A DNA stretch of 32,000 bases from Candidatus Saccharimonadota bacterium (GTDB lineage: Bacteria; Patescibacteriota; Saccharimonadia; Saccharimonadales; Saccharimonadaceae), in NCBI GenBank assembly GCA_000503915.1, contig CP006915.1, positions 30,001 to 62,000 on the forward strand, in the 5' to 3' direction. How positions within the stretch are numbered: position 1 is the first letter of the stretch; each line of letters starts with the position of its first letter. The position numbers and the translations under genes are program-made. The notes under the pieces are model-generated. The model was given only the letters and a program-made list of their open reading frames with translations. It was not told where the DNA came from and ran no database searches. Shown piece by piece: positions 19,140 to 27,824 of the stretch.

Positions 19140-19148
19140 AGTATAGCA
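19140..19148 (-). promoter_or_regulatory. Extended -10 promoter (TGcTATACT) for the pilin pair; predicted leaderless
   Basis: 6 nt to the ATG at 19133. Confidence 0.5.
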
Positions 19149-19170
19149 AAAAGCGTAAGCGTAACGCAAA

Positions 19171-20211
19171 CTACCCGACGATGCCGCCACCGAGGCAGAT
19201 ATCACCGTCGTAGAGTACGGCAGACTGACCGGGTGTGATAGCGCGCTGCGGCTCGGAAAGAATCAGTATGTCATCTTTTAATTTGCACCTCACAAGTGGA
19301 GCACGATGCCGGATACGCACCTGTAGCATGGAAGATGGTAGGTGGAAGATGGTAGGTGGTCCGTCATTAATCCAATGGATATCCGTAAGCCGAACCTCAC
19401 TGCGCCACATGCTCTCATCGTTGAGGTTGGTGCTGACGTAGACTTCATTTTTTGCCATATCTTTGCCGACGACATAGTAGGGCAGCCCGCCTCCAATATC
19501 AAGCCCATGCCGTTGTCCAAGCGTATAGAAGATTGCTCCATCATGACGACCCAGTGCTTTGCCCGATTGCTTGTCCACAATATTACCCGGTGCGGTTTCA
19601 GTGTATTGACTCAGAAATTCACGCATGCCAATTTGTCCGACAAAACAAATGCCCTGGGAATCTTTTTTGCCAGCTGTATATAGCCCACGCTCTTTGGCCA
19701 TTTCACGCACTTCTGATTTTTTATAACCGCCAAGTGGAAATAGTGTTTTTTCCAGCGCTGCTTGGCTCACCCGATAAAGGAAATAGGTCTGATCTTTGTT
19801 GTTATCCTGAGCTCGCAAAAGACGACCGCCTTCGGTTCGCGCATAGTGACCGGTGGCGATCATGTCCGCGCCTTGCTCGAGCGCCGTTTCGAGGAATAGC
19901 TTAAACTTCACTTCCTGATTGCACATGATATCCGGATTTGGTGTGCGGCCAGCCTCATACTCGGCCACCATATAGTCGACAACTTTGTGTTTATACTCTT
20001 TCTCGAAATCAAAGACCCTAAAATCAATGCCCAGCTGTACCGCCACGCGCTTCGCGTCAGCTAGGTCATCCGCCCACGGACAGCGCATACCGGGTAGATC
20101 CTGCGTCCAGTTTTTCATATAGACACCAGTAACGTCATGCCCCTGCTCCTTCAAAAGAGCGGCGGTCAGACTGGAGTCTACTCCACCGCTCATACCGACA
20201 AAGACACGCAC
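19171..20211 (-). CDS. mnmA: tRNA-specific 2-thiouridylase MnmA
   Basis: PP-loop VFVGMSGGVDSS, MCNQEVKF, and the usual C-terminal barrel. The longest ORF (to 20307) overlaps the upstream gene by 97 nt. The GTG at 20211 shares its G with the upstream TAG and follows GGAG. Confidence 0.9.
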   Translation of the reverse strand: MRVFVGMSGGVDSSLTAALLKEQGHDVTGVYMKNWTQDLPGMRCPWADDLADAKRVAVQLGIDFRVFDFEKEYKHKVVDYMVAEYEAGRTPNPDIMCNQEVKFKLFLETALEQGADMIATGHYARTEGGRLLRAQDNNKDQTYFLYRVSQAALEKTLFPLGGYKKSEVREMAKERGLYTAGKKDSQGICFVGQIGMREFLSQYTETAPGNIVDKQSGKALGRHDGAIFYTLGQRHGLDIGGGLPYYVVGKDMAKNEVYVSTNLNDESMWRSEVRLTDIHWINDGPPTIFHLPSSMLQVRIRHRAPLVRCKLKDDILILSEPQRAITPGQSAVLYDGDICLGGGIVG

Positions 20212-20840
20212 TACTGGCTTTCTCCAGCGTAAAAGGCTCCAATCTTTATCAGTTCGCCACCGGCGAGCCACCAGCCGCGCGGTGTCAGCCACCACCACAC
20301 AGACCAATCAGGGTCGCTATCGGTCGGATGATTAACGATCGTGACATCACCACCGGCTCGTGCTCGAAACTCGAGGCTCGCGCGGCGTTGATGGTACGGC
20401 GATGTCACCAAAATAACCCGATGAATACCACGCGCCCTTAGAAGCTCTTGTGTCTTGTCAGCATTCTGCTTGGTTGTCTGCGCTAGACTTTCAGTGATAA
20501 TGTCACCGCCCGGTACGCCCGCCTTGAGTGCCTGAGTGCGCATTGCTTCAGCATTACTCGGACCTGACGTATCTTTTGCGGCACCCGAAAATACCAGCGT
20601 ATCGGCCCAGCCGTTTTCGTAGAGTTCAACAGCAGCCGCCGTACGAGCCGGGGTATGACCGCCGCTGATCGCAATGATGGCATCTGCTTTCTGGCAACTT
20701 GTTTTTTCTGACGGTACCTGGTCACACTTGCCGAGATCATCGGGAGCCAAGTAGGCGCCAACACCAGCAACTAGTAGGAGGGTTAGGCCAAGAATAATCA
20801 CAATACTAACGCGCAGCATGGCTCGTCCTTTCGTATTCAT
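20211..20840 (-). CDS. DUF218 (YdcF/ElyC/SanA-like) membrane-anchored protein
   Basis: N-terminal signal anchor, AIIAISGG...LVFSGAA, ...LVTSPYHQRRA. An alternative start is the ATG at 20819, preceded by AAAGGA. Confidence 0.8.
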   Translation of the reverse strand: MNTKGRAMLRVSIVIILGLTLLLVAGVGAYLAPDDLGKCDQVPSEKTSCQKADAIIAISGGHTPARTAAAVELYENGWADTLVFSGAAKDTSGPSNAEAMRTQALKAGVPGGDIITESLAQTTKQNADKTQELLRARGIHRVILVTSPYHQRRASLEFRARAGGDVTIVNHPTDSDPDWSVWWWLTPRGWWLAGGELIKIGAFYAGESQ

Positions 20841-21969
20841 GACGGATCTCTTCGATGAGGATTGACTGAGCTGATTTCACCGCAGCCTCATCTGACAAGC
20901 GCCCAAGCGTCAGCCGTAGGCTACCGTCGGCGACTGCCGGTTTCAAACCGATAGCAGTCAAAACATGCGAGCGAGTACCCTTGTTTGCCGCACAGGCACT
21001 GCCGGTTGCGACAAGTACGTTACGAGCTTCGAGTGCAAACACCAAACGTTCAGCATCAAGCCCGGTGAATGAGATATGAAGCGAGCCAGGCAAGCGCTTT
21101 TTGGGATAGCCGGAAACCACCGCTTCAGGAAACTCTGTAAGCAGCGTCTCCTGCAAGCTATCACGAAGTTTCGCCAGCCGTTCGCTTTCGCCCCTGCGGT
21201 GTTTATCTGCCAGCTCGGCTGCCATAGCAAACCCTACGACACCGGCCACATTCTCCGTACCACTTCGCAGCCCGCGCTCTTGGCCACCCCCCACGATCAG
21301 CGGAGATAATTGTACACCAGGCTTAGCCCATAGCAATCCAATCTGTTTTGGTCCGTATATTTTACCGCTGTTCAGTGTTAGTAGATCAACAGCAAGACGA
21401 GCTGTATGTACATCGATCTGGCCAAAGCCTTGCGACGCGTCACAGTGAAAATATAGCGGCGTCTTGTCATTTTTGTTACGACGGCGTTGACGTTCAGCTT
21501 CGACAACATCAGCAATTGCGCGAATTGGCTGAATAGTGCCAATCTCGTTGTTAGCTAGCTGCACACTCACCAGTTCAGTCTCCGGTGTGATAGCGTCAGC
21601 AATAGCTTCCGGCGTAATGATACCTTTCGATGTTGCGCGTACGATCGTATGCGGCTTTAGCCTCGCGGCTTCAAGCACGGCCGGGTGCTCGAGAGCTGAT
21701 GTCACAACATGTCCGGCGGCCGACCAAAATGCCAGATTAATCGATTCGGTCGCTCCGGCAGTGATAATAACTTCGTCACCTTTCGCACCAAACGTCGCGG
21801 CGAGGCGTGCTTTGGCCGTTTCATAGGTACGACGTACCTCGACCGCTGGCGCGTAGGGACTCGAGGGGTTAAAGAACAATTCGGAAAAATACGGCTGCAT
21901 TGCAGCCGCCACTCGTTCATCCACCGGCGTTGCCGCCGCGTGGTCAAGATAAATCAATTGACTCGACAT
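20806..21969 (-). CDS. Cysteine desulfurase (class V aminotransferase, NifS/IscS-like)
   Basis: YLDHAATTP-like N-terminus (YLDHAAATP), PLP-Lys region SGKIYGPKQIG, active-site loop ATGSACAA. Lies upstream of mnmA, its likely sulfur acceptor. Confidence 0.9.
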   Translation of the reverse strand: MSSQLIYLDHAAATPVDERVAAAMQPYFSELFFNPSSPYAPAVEVRRTYETAKARLAATFGAKGDEVIITAGATESINLAFWSAAGHVVTSALEHPAVLEAARLKPHTIVRATSKGIITPEAIADAITPETELVSVQLANNEIGTIQPIRAIADVVEAERQRRRNKNDKTPLYFHCDASQGFGQIDVHTARLAVDLLTLNSGKIYGPKQIGLLWAKPGVQLSPLIVGGGQERGLRSGTENVAGVVGFAMAAELADKHRRGESERLAKLRDSLQETLLTEFPEAVVSGYPKKRLPGSLHISFTGLDAERLVFALEARNVLVATGSACAANKGTRSHVLTAIGLKPAVADGSLRLTLGRLSDEAAVKSAQSILIEEIRHEYERTSHAAR

Positions 21970-21979
21970 TACTTATAGT

Positions 21980-21988
21980 ATTATACCA
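21980..21988 (-). promoter_or_regulatory. Extended -10 promoter (TGgTATAAT) for the desulfurase-DUF218-mnmA operon; predicted leaderless
   Basis: 10 nt to the ATG at 21969. No SD. Confidence 0.55.
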
Positions 21989-22006
21989 TCGGTGACCCGA
22001 GAGAAG

Positions 22007-22438
22007 TCACTGAAGCTTTCGACCTGTCTCTGGATCACGCTTGTACAGTTCACGCGTCACCTGTTCGTAATACATTTGCACCGCGACGACCAAGTTCTGA
22101 AGTTCCACACCCTCGATATAACTGTAGCGTGCACCGTCCTGTGCCTTCAGCACTCCTTTTTCCTGCACTTCATAACGAGTCGTTGATGATTTCTTCTCGC
22201 CACTCTCATCGAGGTATTCTTCGTACCAAATCCAGGTATTTTTGTCGAGATTAAAGAATTCACGGCGGTGATTTTTTGGGATCGGACCAAACAGCTGCTT
22301 TCCGATTTCACTCTCGAGTTGGATAAGCTCGCGCTCGGTCAACTTCTTGAATGGACGTCCCTTGGGTATCCGTAAAAAGCCGGTAGTATCTGGCCCCGTC
22401 AGAAGCGTCGTTGCCTTTTGAAATAGCTTGGACATCAC
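22007..22438 (-). CDS. Hypothetical protein (143 aa)
   Basis: AAGGAG directly upstream of tandem ATGs. No motif recognised. Confidence 0.65.
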   Translation of the reverse strand: MMSKLFQKATTLLTGPDTTGFLRIPKGRPFKKLTERELIQLESEIGKQLFGPIPKNHRREFFNLDKNTWIWYEEYLDESGEKKSSTTRYEVQEKGVLKAQDGARYSYIEGVELQNLVVAVQMYYEQVTRELYKRDPETGRKLQ

Positions 22439-22452
22439 TTCTCCTTTAAGGT

Positions 22453-22719
22453 TTACGCCGCGTTAAGCTTGTCGCGACGGATAGCATCAAGGTTGATACC
22501 CACACTCGCAATATACTGAGCTGCCTGCTCTTGATACGTCGCTTCCTTTTCCTGCTCGGGAACAGCATACGCCTCATCAACTAGGCGTAGGGCACGCACA
22601 GCCTCAGGAGATAGCATCCTTTTATCGGCACGTTGAAAATCAAGCTGGTCGCCAGAAGCAAATTCGGTACCTTCGGGATATCGATCGAAGGCACGGTAGA
22701 TGTAGTCTTGCTCGGTCAT
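22453..22719 (-). CDS. Hypothetical protein (88 aa, acidic)
   Basis: AAGGAG lies 7 nt upstream of the ATG. No motif recognised. Confidence 0.6.
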   Translation of the reverse strand: MTEQDYIYRAFDRYPEGTEFASGDQLDFQRADKRMLSPEAVRALRLVDEAYAVPEQEKEATYQEQAAQYIASVGINLDAIRRDKLNAA

Positions 22720-22784
22720 ACTGAATGCTCCTTTCTTTCAGGCCAATGAATGGTTTTAGAACTGTTTATGTGAGAGATGCTATT

Positions 22785-23546
22785 CTATAGTGAGAATAGC
22801 GTTGAAGCATTTGCGGATGTAGCTCGCGCAAGGTGTTCGAGTAGTATTCCACGCTGGTTAGCGTGATACTCGGCCACATGCCTCACAAATGCCGGTTCAT
22901 TTACTTTACCACGATGAGGGGTAGGCGTCAAGAATGGCGCATCTGTTTCGAGCAAGAGTCTCTCGAGAGGAATCATAGCAAAGACCGCCTGCTGACGCGC
23001 GTCTTTCGTAAACGTACTGATGCCATTGACACCAATATACAGCCCCTCGGATAAGCCTTTCTCGAGATTAATCCTGGTGTCGGTAAAGCTGTGCAGCTCA
23101 CCGCGTAGGCCAGGAAAGTTATGAAAAATCGGCCAGAAATCATCGAAGGCTTCACGGACATGAAAAACTACCGGCAAGTTATAGTCATGTGCTAATTGGA
23201 GCTGTGCTTCCAGCATCTCAATCTGTCTCTCGCGCGGTGAGTTATCGTAAAAGTAGTCGAGACCACACTCACCGATTGCGACGATCTTGCCTGCCCTTTT
23301 ATCGAGAAGATCTCTTAGTTTGTCGATTGCCACCGTCCCACGTGTGGCGTCGTGCGGGTGAAGCCCGATGCTTGCCCATACGTTTTCATACTGGTCACTA
23401 AATTCGACCGCTTCCTCACTCGTCACCTCGTCGGTACCAACACAAATCATCCGCGTTACACCGGCTGCTTTGGCGTGTGCAAAGACCTCATCTATCGGAA
23501 TCGGAAAGTCGGCTTCGTGAATATGACAATGTGTGTCGGTAAGCAT
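22785..23546 (-). CDS. tatD: TatD-family metal-dependent hydrolase/DNase
   Basis: DTHCHI N-terminus, GECGLDY, HxFxG-type motifs. Starts 3 nt after the metG stop. Confidence 0.9.
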   Translation of the reverse strand: MLTDTHCHIHEADFPIPIDEVFAHAKAAGVTRMICVGTDEVTSEEAVEFSDQYENVWASIGLHPHDATRGTVAIDKLRDLLDKRAGKIVAIGECGLDYFYDNSPRERQIEMLEAQLQLAHDYNLPVVFHVREAFDDFWPIFHNFPGLRGELHSFTDTRINLEKGLSEGLYIGVNGISTFTKDARQQAVFAMIPLERLLLETDAPFLTPTPHRGKVNEPAFVRHVAEYHANQRGILLEHLARATSANASTLFSL

Positions 23547-23549
23547 GGC

Positions 23550-25037
23550 TTAAACCTTGGTAACGGTGCGAGGATCCTCGGTATGATAGTAGACCTTCGG
23601 GTACATGACACGATCAGCTGGACTAACAACTCCGCTTTCGAACATATCGTGGATATATTTGGCCGTTGCGGGCATAAATGGCACGAGGAGGTCACCGATC
23701 TGCAGTAAATTGCCGACGCAGTGCGCCAGTACTTCCGCCAAGTGTGCTTCACCATCAGGGTCTTTCTCGCGCTTTTTGGCGATCTCCCAAGGCTTGACGT
23801 TGTCAATGTATTGGTTCAGTGAGCGAACCATGTGCCAGACTTCATCAAGGGCTTTATCGAAATTCAGACTGTCCATCGCCTCACGGTAGAGCTGCATGTC
23901 GTGCTCGCCAAGCGGTGCGTCGCCGATAACCCCAGCCTGGTATTTTGTCAGCATGTTTGCCACCCGCGCCACGAGATTACCGAGGTCGTTAGCAAGTTCC
24001 GTATTGTAGGCCGTCTCAAATTTTTCCCAAGTAAAGTCACCGTCGTCCTGGGTTGGAATGTGACGGGCAAAGTAGTAGCGAAAGGCATCGAGCCCGTATT
24101 GATCGATGATCTCGATTGGATCTATCACATTACCGACCGTTTTACTCATCTTGGCACCAGCGACGTTGACAAAGCCGTGCACCAACAGCTTTCGCGGCAA
24201 AGTCAGACCAAGTCCGAGGAGCATTGCCGGCCAAATACCGGCGTGAAAGCGCAGGATGTCTTTACCTACTACCTGGACATCTGCTGGCCAATAGTCCTGC
24301 CAGCTCGCTTTATCGGGGTAGCCGAGTACCGTAATGTAGTTTGAAAGTGCATCGAGCCAGACGTACATAACTTGGTCGGGGTCACCAGGCACTGGCACGC
24401 CCCAGCTGAGGGTTTTCTTCGGCCGCGAAATACTGACATCGCGCAGGCCGTCCTTCATCAGTTCGAGGAATTCTTTCTTGCGGAACTCCGGTACAATCTG
24501 CATCTTGTCTTTTTCGATCGCTTCACGTACTTTATCGCTAAACTGGCTGGTTTTTAGGAAATAGTTCTCCTCACTGACTTTTTCATAGGGCGTTTGGTGA
24601 TCTGGACATGTTCCGTCGGTTGCCTCAACTTCTTTATCGGTAAAAAATGCTTCATGTCCAGTACAGTACCAGCCTTCATAGGTTCCCTTGTAGATGTAAG
24701 GCTGTAGTTGTTGCCAGATATACTGGACAGCGCCCTGATGGTGCGGCTCGGTGGTGCGGATAAAATCGGTGTACTCGGCGTCAACCTTTTTCATTAAGGC
24801 TTCAAAGCTCGTATACATTTGGTCAGTGTAGGCTTGCGGCGTGAGGTTTGCTTCAGCGGCTTTGGCGGCAATCTTGTTGCCGTGCTCATCAGTACCAACC
24901 TGAAAACGAACTTCGCGGCCATTTTGCTTTTGATAGCGACTCCAAATATCAGCCAGTAGATAGTCAAGCGCGTTACCGATGTGCGGTTTGGCGTTGACAT
25001 ACGGGATGGCAGTGGTGATGTAAAGATTTTTTCCCAT
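23550..25037 (-). CDS. metG: Methionine--tRNA ligase (short form)
   Basis: HIGH motif PHIGNALDY, KMSKS motif KMSKTVGN. Confidence 0.95.
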   Translation of the reverse strand: MGKNLYITTAIPYVNAKPHIGNALDYLLADIWSRYQKQNGREVRFQVGTDEHGNKIAAKAAEANLTPQAYTDQMYTSFEALMKKVDAEYTDFIRTTEPHHQGAVQYIWQQLQPYIYKGTYEGWYCTGHEAFFTDKEVEATDGTCPDHQTPYEKVSEENYFLKTSQFSDKVREAIEKDKMQIVPEFRKKEFLELMKDGLRDVSISRPKKTLSWGVPVPGDPDQVMYVWLDALSNYITVLGYPDKASWQDYWPADVQVVGKDILRFHAGIWPAMLLGLGLTLPRKLLVHGFVNVAGAKMSKTVGNVIDPIEIIDQYGLDAFRYYFARHIPTQDDGDFTWEKFETAYNTELANDLGNLVARVANMLTKYQAGVIGDAPLGEHDMQLYREAMDSLNFDKALDEVWHMVRSLNQYIDNVKPWEIAKKREKDPDGEAHLAEVLAHCVGNLLQIGDLLVPFMPATAKYIHDMFESGVVSPADRVMYPKVYYHTEDPRTVTKV

Positions 25038-25045
25038 TAGATACT

Positions 25046-25054
25046 AGTATAGCA
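25046..25054 (-). promoter_or_regulatory. Extended -10 promoter (TGcTATACT) for metG-tatD; predicted leaderless
   Basis: 8 nt to the ATG at 25037. Sits in the 21-nt gap after pgeF. Confidence 0.5.
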
Positions 25055-25058
25055 GAGG

Positions 25059-25748
25059 TTATTTCATCATGACTACTACGGCTTGACGACCGTCGCTCGG
25101 ACGGTTGCCTTTTAGGAATTGGCTGTGCGAAAAGAGCGTCAGATCAGTGGCAGTATCGCGCCCGTCAATCTCGAGGTTATCATTCATGACACCAGCATCG
25201 AGCATTTGCTGCAAGGCTACCTCCTGGAGGCTACGATTATTGAAGTCGTAGAGCGGGTACGACTCCCGGCCAGCGGCCGGGCTAAACCAAATACGCACGG
25301 CAGCCGGATTGGTACCAAATTCCTGCTGCATATACGTAATAACCTTACCGGCGCCGGTCTGCACGAGGTTGTGACGGCCGAGATGCGCCAGCCCAATCAC
25401 TTGGTTTTTCGGATCATACAGTACTGCACCGATACAGTCTGCTACCGGCAGGAAAAGCGCTAATTTGTGGTCGCGCGTGAACAGTGCGTCAGCCACTAGG
25501 CTGGGCGAGGTTACCATACCGTCGCCAGCTTGCGGACTACCAACCGTATAGTAGCGGCAATAATCATTGCCCTCGTACTGTAGGTGGACGAGAATTGATT
25601 GCTTGAGACTAATACCCTGCTCTTTCAGAAATCGCTCGCGATTGCGGCGACGCTCCTCGTCATCGACTCCTTTTGACATTGAACCGTCGGCCAGCCCAGA
25701 AAACCCAAGCATGAGCACGTCTTGCTTTGCAGAATCAGTCAACTTCAT
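25059..25748 (-). CDS. pgeF: YfiH/PgeF (DUF152, laccase-domain) family protein
   Basis: PVADCIGAVLYDP...GLAHLGRHNL pattern, and size typical of the family. Confidence 0.7.
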   Translation of the reverse strand: MKLTDSAKQDVLMLGFSGLADGSMSKGVDDEERRRNRERFLKEQGISLKQSILVHLQYEGNDYCRYYTVGSPQAGDGMVTSPSLVADALFTRDHKLALFLPVADCIGAVLYDPKNQVIGLAHLGRHNLVQTGAGKVITYMQQEFGTNPAAVRIWFSPAAGRESYPLYDFNNRSLQEVALQQMLDAGVMNDNLEIDGRDTATDLTLFSHSQFLKGNRPSDGRQAVVVMMK

Positions 25749-25756
25749 GTCTACTT

Positions 25757-25765
25757 ATAGTACCA
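25757..25765 (-). promoter_or_regulatory. Extended -10-like promoter (TGgTACTAT) for pgeF; predicted leaderless
   Basis: 8 nt to the ATG at 25748. Confidence 0.4.
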
Positions 25766-25797
25766 AGCTCGTGCTTAATCCGGTAGAGCCGAGCTGG

Positions 25798-26574
25798 TCA
25801 TTCTTTGAGAGTATCGAGTGTCCGTTTCCATTCAATGATTGATAGATCCTGTGCTCGCAGATCTGGCGAAATACCTGCACGTTCAAGCAGTTGCTCGACT
25901 TCATCTTTATTCTTAGCCAATCCTGCCGCCAAACTAGAGCGAAGTTTTTTGCGTTTGGCAGAAAATCCTGCTTTAACTAAGCGAAAGAACATCTTTTCTT
26001 GCTCTGGGATAACCAATGGCTGTGTACGAGTCTTGAGAATAACGACTTGCGAATCAACTTCCGGAGGTGGCACAAAAAATTCCCGTGGCACCTCGATACC
26101 AAGCTCGGCTTCGGCGTAGACCTGAGCACCGATCGCAAGGATACTCATATCGCCAGGACTTGCAGCGATACGCTCGGCAACTTCCTTTTGCACCAGCAAC
26201 ACCGTAATGCGCGGCTTATTGACCGCTGTCATCAGCTTTTGGACAATTTTACTGGTAATGTAATAGGGCACATTGGCGACAACGACATAGCCCTTTGGTA
26301 ATGTAGCCAGATCGAACTGTAGGATGTCTTCGTGAATAACTTCCAGATTTTTTCCCGGAAACTGCCCTGGTAATTTCCGTGCCAGATCCCTGTCAAACTC
26401 TACCGCCACAACATTCCCCGCGCGACCAAGAAGCTCAGAAGTTAGCGTGCCAAGCCCGGGTCCGATCTCAAGCACCGTATCACCGGCGTTAATACCAGCG
26501 GCATCGGCGATTTCGCCTAAGATGAAACGGTCGGTGAGCCAGTGTTGGCCGAGCTCTTTTTTCGGTCCGGCCAC
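25798..26574 (-). CDS. rsmA: 16S rRNA (adenine1518/1519-N6)-dimethyltransferase RsmA/KsgA
   Basis: LGQHWL, SAM motif VLEIGPGLGTLT, NVPYYIT. The longest ORF (to 26733) would overlap the upstream gene by 160 nt. The GTG at 26574 shares its G with the upstream TAG. Confidence 0.9.
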   Translation of the reverse strand: MAGPKKELGQHWLTDRFILGEIADAAGINAGDTVLEIGPGLGTLTSELLGRAGNVVAVEFDRDLARKLPGQFPGKNLEVIHEDILQFDLATLPKGYVVVANVPYYITSKIVQKLMTAVNKPRITVLLVQKEVAERIAASPGDMSILAIGAQVYAEAELGIEVPREFFVPPPEVDSQVVILKTRTQPLVIPEQEKMFFRLVKAGFSAKRKKLRSSLAAGLAKNKDEVEQLLERAGISPDLRAQDLSIIEWKRTLDTLKE

Positions 26575-27737
26575 TAGAGTATGCCTTGTGCCTGCATTTT
26601 TCGAGCACAGCCGGGAAACTGTGTGTAGATGCTGGAACGAGACAGTAGGTTCTGGACGGCTTGCTTTTGTGCTTCTAGCGGCGCCTGATGCGGCATCCTT
26701 GAATTGTATGGTTCGGGAGCCACTGTTCGCCATGTCGACGGCACAAACTGGAAAGCACCATAAAACCCATTACCAGAATTCCGGTTGGCCGTCATGCCAC
26801 TTTCACAATTTCCTAGCGCTGTAATCTGTATATTCGATAATGGACCACCGGTATACTTAAACTTCGCACCGACAACCTCCACTTGTTTGCTCGGTTGTTT
26901 GATGATAACAGTCTGGATCGTTTTTTTACTGACTTCACGGCCATTCTTCATGACGATCTCGTAGGTCACCATTTTTTTACCTTTTACGCCAGCTGCTTTT
27001 ACCTGACGGTAACCAACTTTACGGTTCGCGTCCTGGATCTCTTCTGTCTCAAACGCCACCGCTTCTTCTTTGGTGACTGTCTGCTTTCCGTTGCGCCAAA
27101 TCTCGAGTTTCATATTCGGAGTAATCCCGGCCGTGGCTGCTTTTGAGACCGTATCTTTCGCCCCAATAGTGATACGTTTCTCTTTCAGGAACTGCTCAAT
27201 GGTTGTCGCCTGAGTGTAGACGGTACTTTCCTTACCATACAAGATAAGTTGCACCGGTACCGCCCGGTCGATAATCATTTCTTCGCTGGCACCGTCACGG
27301 AGCAGATTAGAGGCCATCTGAAGCGTGGCCGTATCCTCGTCTTGCAAGATTACCCCAGCGTGCTCGGCGATTTGGCTCGGTGTTTGGTACGCCGACATGA
27401 CGAGCCGACGAGCTGTGCCATCAACGATTACAATCGGTCGAGCACGGTAAATATTCACCTGGTAGCTGTTGGTAACTAACGTCTCATCAAGCCCTGGCTC
27501 GACGATATCGTTCTTGTCTAGCGTCACCCGAGCCTCTTTGAAAACTGCGCGCAACGTATTCGCGTGCGTGATAATTCCCTTTTCCCGGCCACGGTCATGA
27601 ATTGTAATCAAGCGTTCGCCGCTAGCTGGTGCGGCCTGGGCATGCGGTATCATCAAAAGCGCGAACAACCCCAACCCCGCAACGAGGCAAGCATAAAAGA
27701 TAAGTAAAGGCGAAAACCGTTGTATTCGTATTCTCAT
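26574..27737 (-). CDS. rpfB: RpfB-like muralytic protein: signal peptide, 3x DUF348, G5, Rpf transglycosylase-like domain
   Basis: The C-terminus CESGMTANRNSGNGFYGAFQFVPSTW...PHQAPLEAQKQAV...FPGC aligns by eye with the Rpf catalytic domain (CES..NTGNGxYGGxQF..STW...C). A G5-like segment precedes it. Confidence 0.85.
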   Translation of the reverse strand: MRIRIQRFSPLLIFYACLVAGLGLFALLMIPHAQAAPASGERLITIHDRGREKGIITHANTLRAVFKEARVTLDKNDIVEPGLDETLVTNSYQVNIYRARPIVIVDGTARRLVMSAYQTPSQIAEHAGVILQDEDTATLQMASNLLRDGASEEMIIDRAVPVQLILYGKESTVYTQATTIEQFLKEKRITIGAKDTVSKAATAGITPNMKLEIWRNGKQTVTKEEAVAFETEEIQDANRKVGYRQVKAAGVKGKKMVTYEIVMKNGREVSKKTIQTVIIKQPSKQVEVVGAKFKYTGGPLSNIQITALGNCESGMTANRNSGNGFYGAFQFVPSTWRTVAPEPYNSRMPHQAPLEAQKQAVQNLLSRSSIYTQFPGCARKMQAQGIL

Positions 27738-27773
27738 AAAGGTGACACACTTCCACCAAAGTGTACTTGAACC

Positions 27774-27782
27774 ATTATACCA
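27774..27782 (-). promoter_or_regulatory. Extended -10 promoter (TGgTATAAT) for rpfB-like/rsmA
   Basis: 36 nt upstream of the ATG at 27737. The short leader carries an ACACTT/AAGTGT hairpin and no obvious SD. Confidence 0.5.
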
Positions 27783-27824
27783 AATATCCCTCTAAACCCA
27801 AGGCCGGCCTGGTGTGTTGCTGCC

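Noticed and set aside
19146-19165. GCGTAA GCGTAA tandem after mnmA, with a related AAGCGTAAGCG (reverse strand) at about 31850 upstream of tpiA.
   Set aside because: It is only an 11-nt shared core, for which hundreds of chance matches are expected at this window size. The orientation relative to the genes is opposite.
19171-20307. Full-length six-frame ORFs for mnmA (to 20307) and rsmA (to 26733) as real N-terminal extensions.
   Set aside because: The extensions overlap the upstream genes by 97 and 160 nt and have arbitrary-looking sequence. They precede well-placed GTG starts that open the conserved N-termini.
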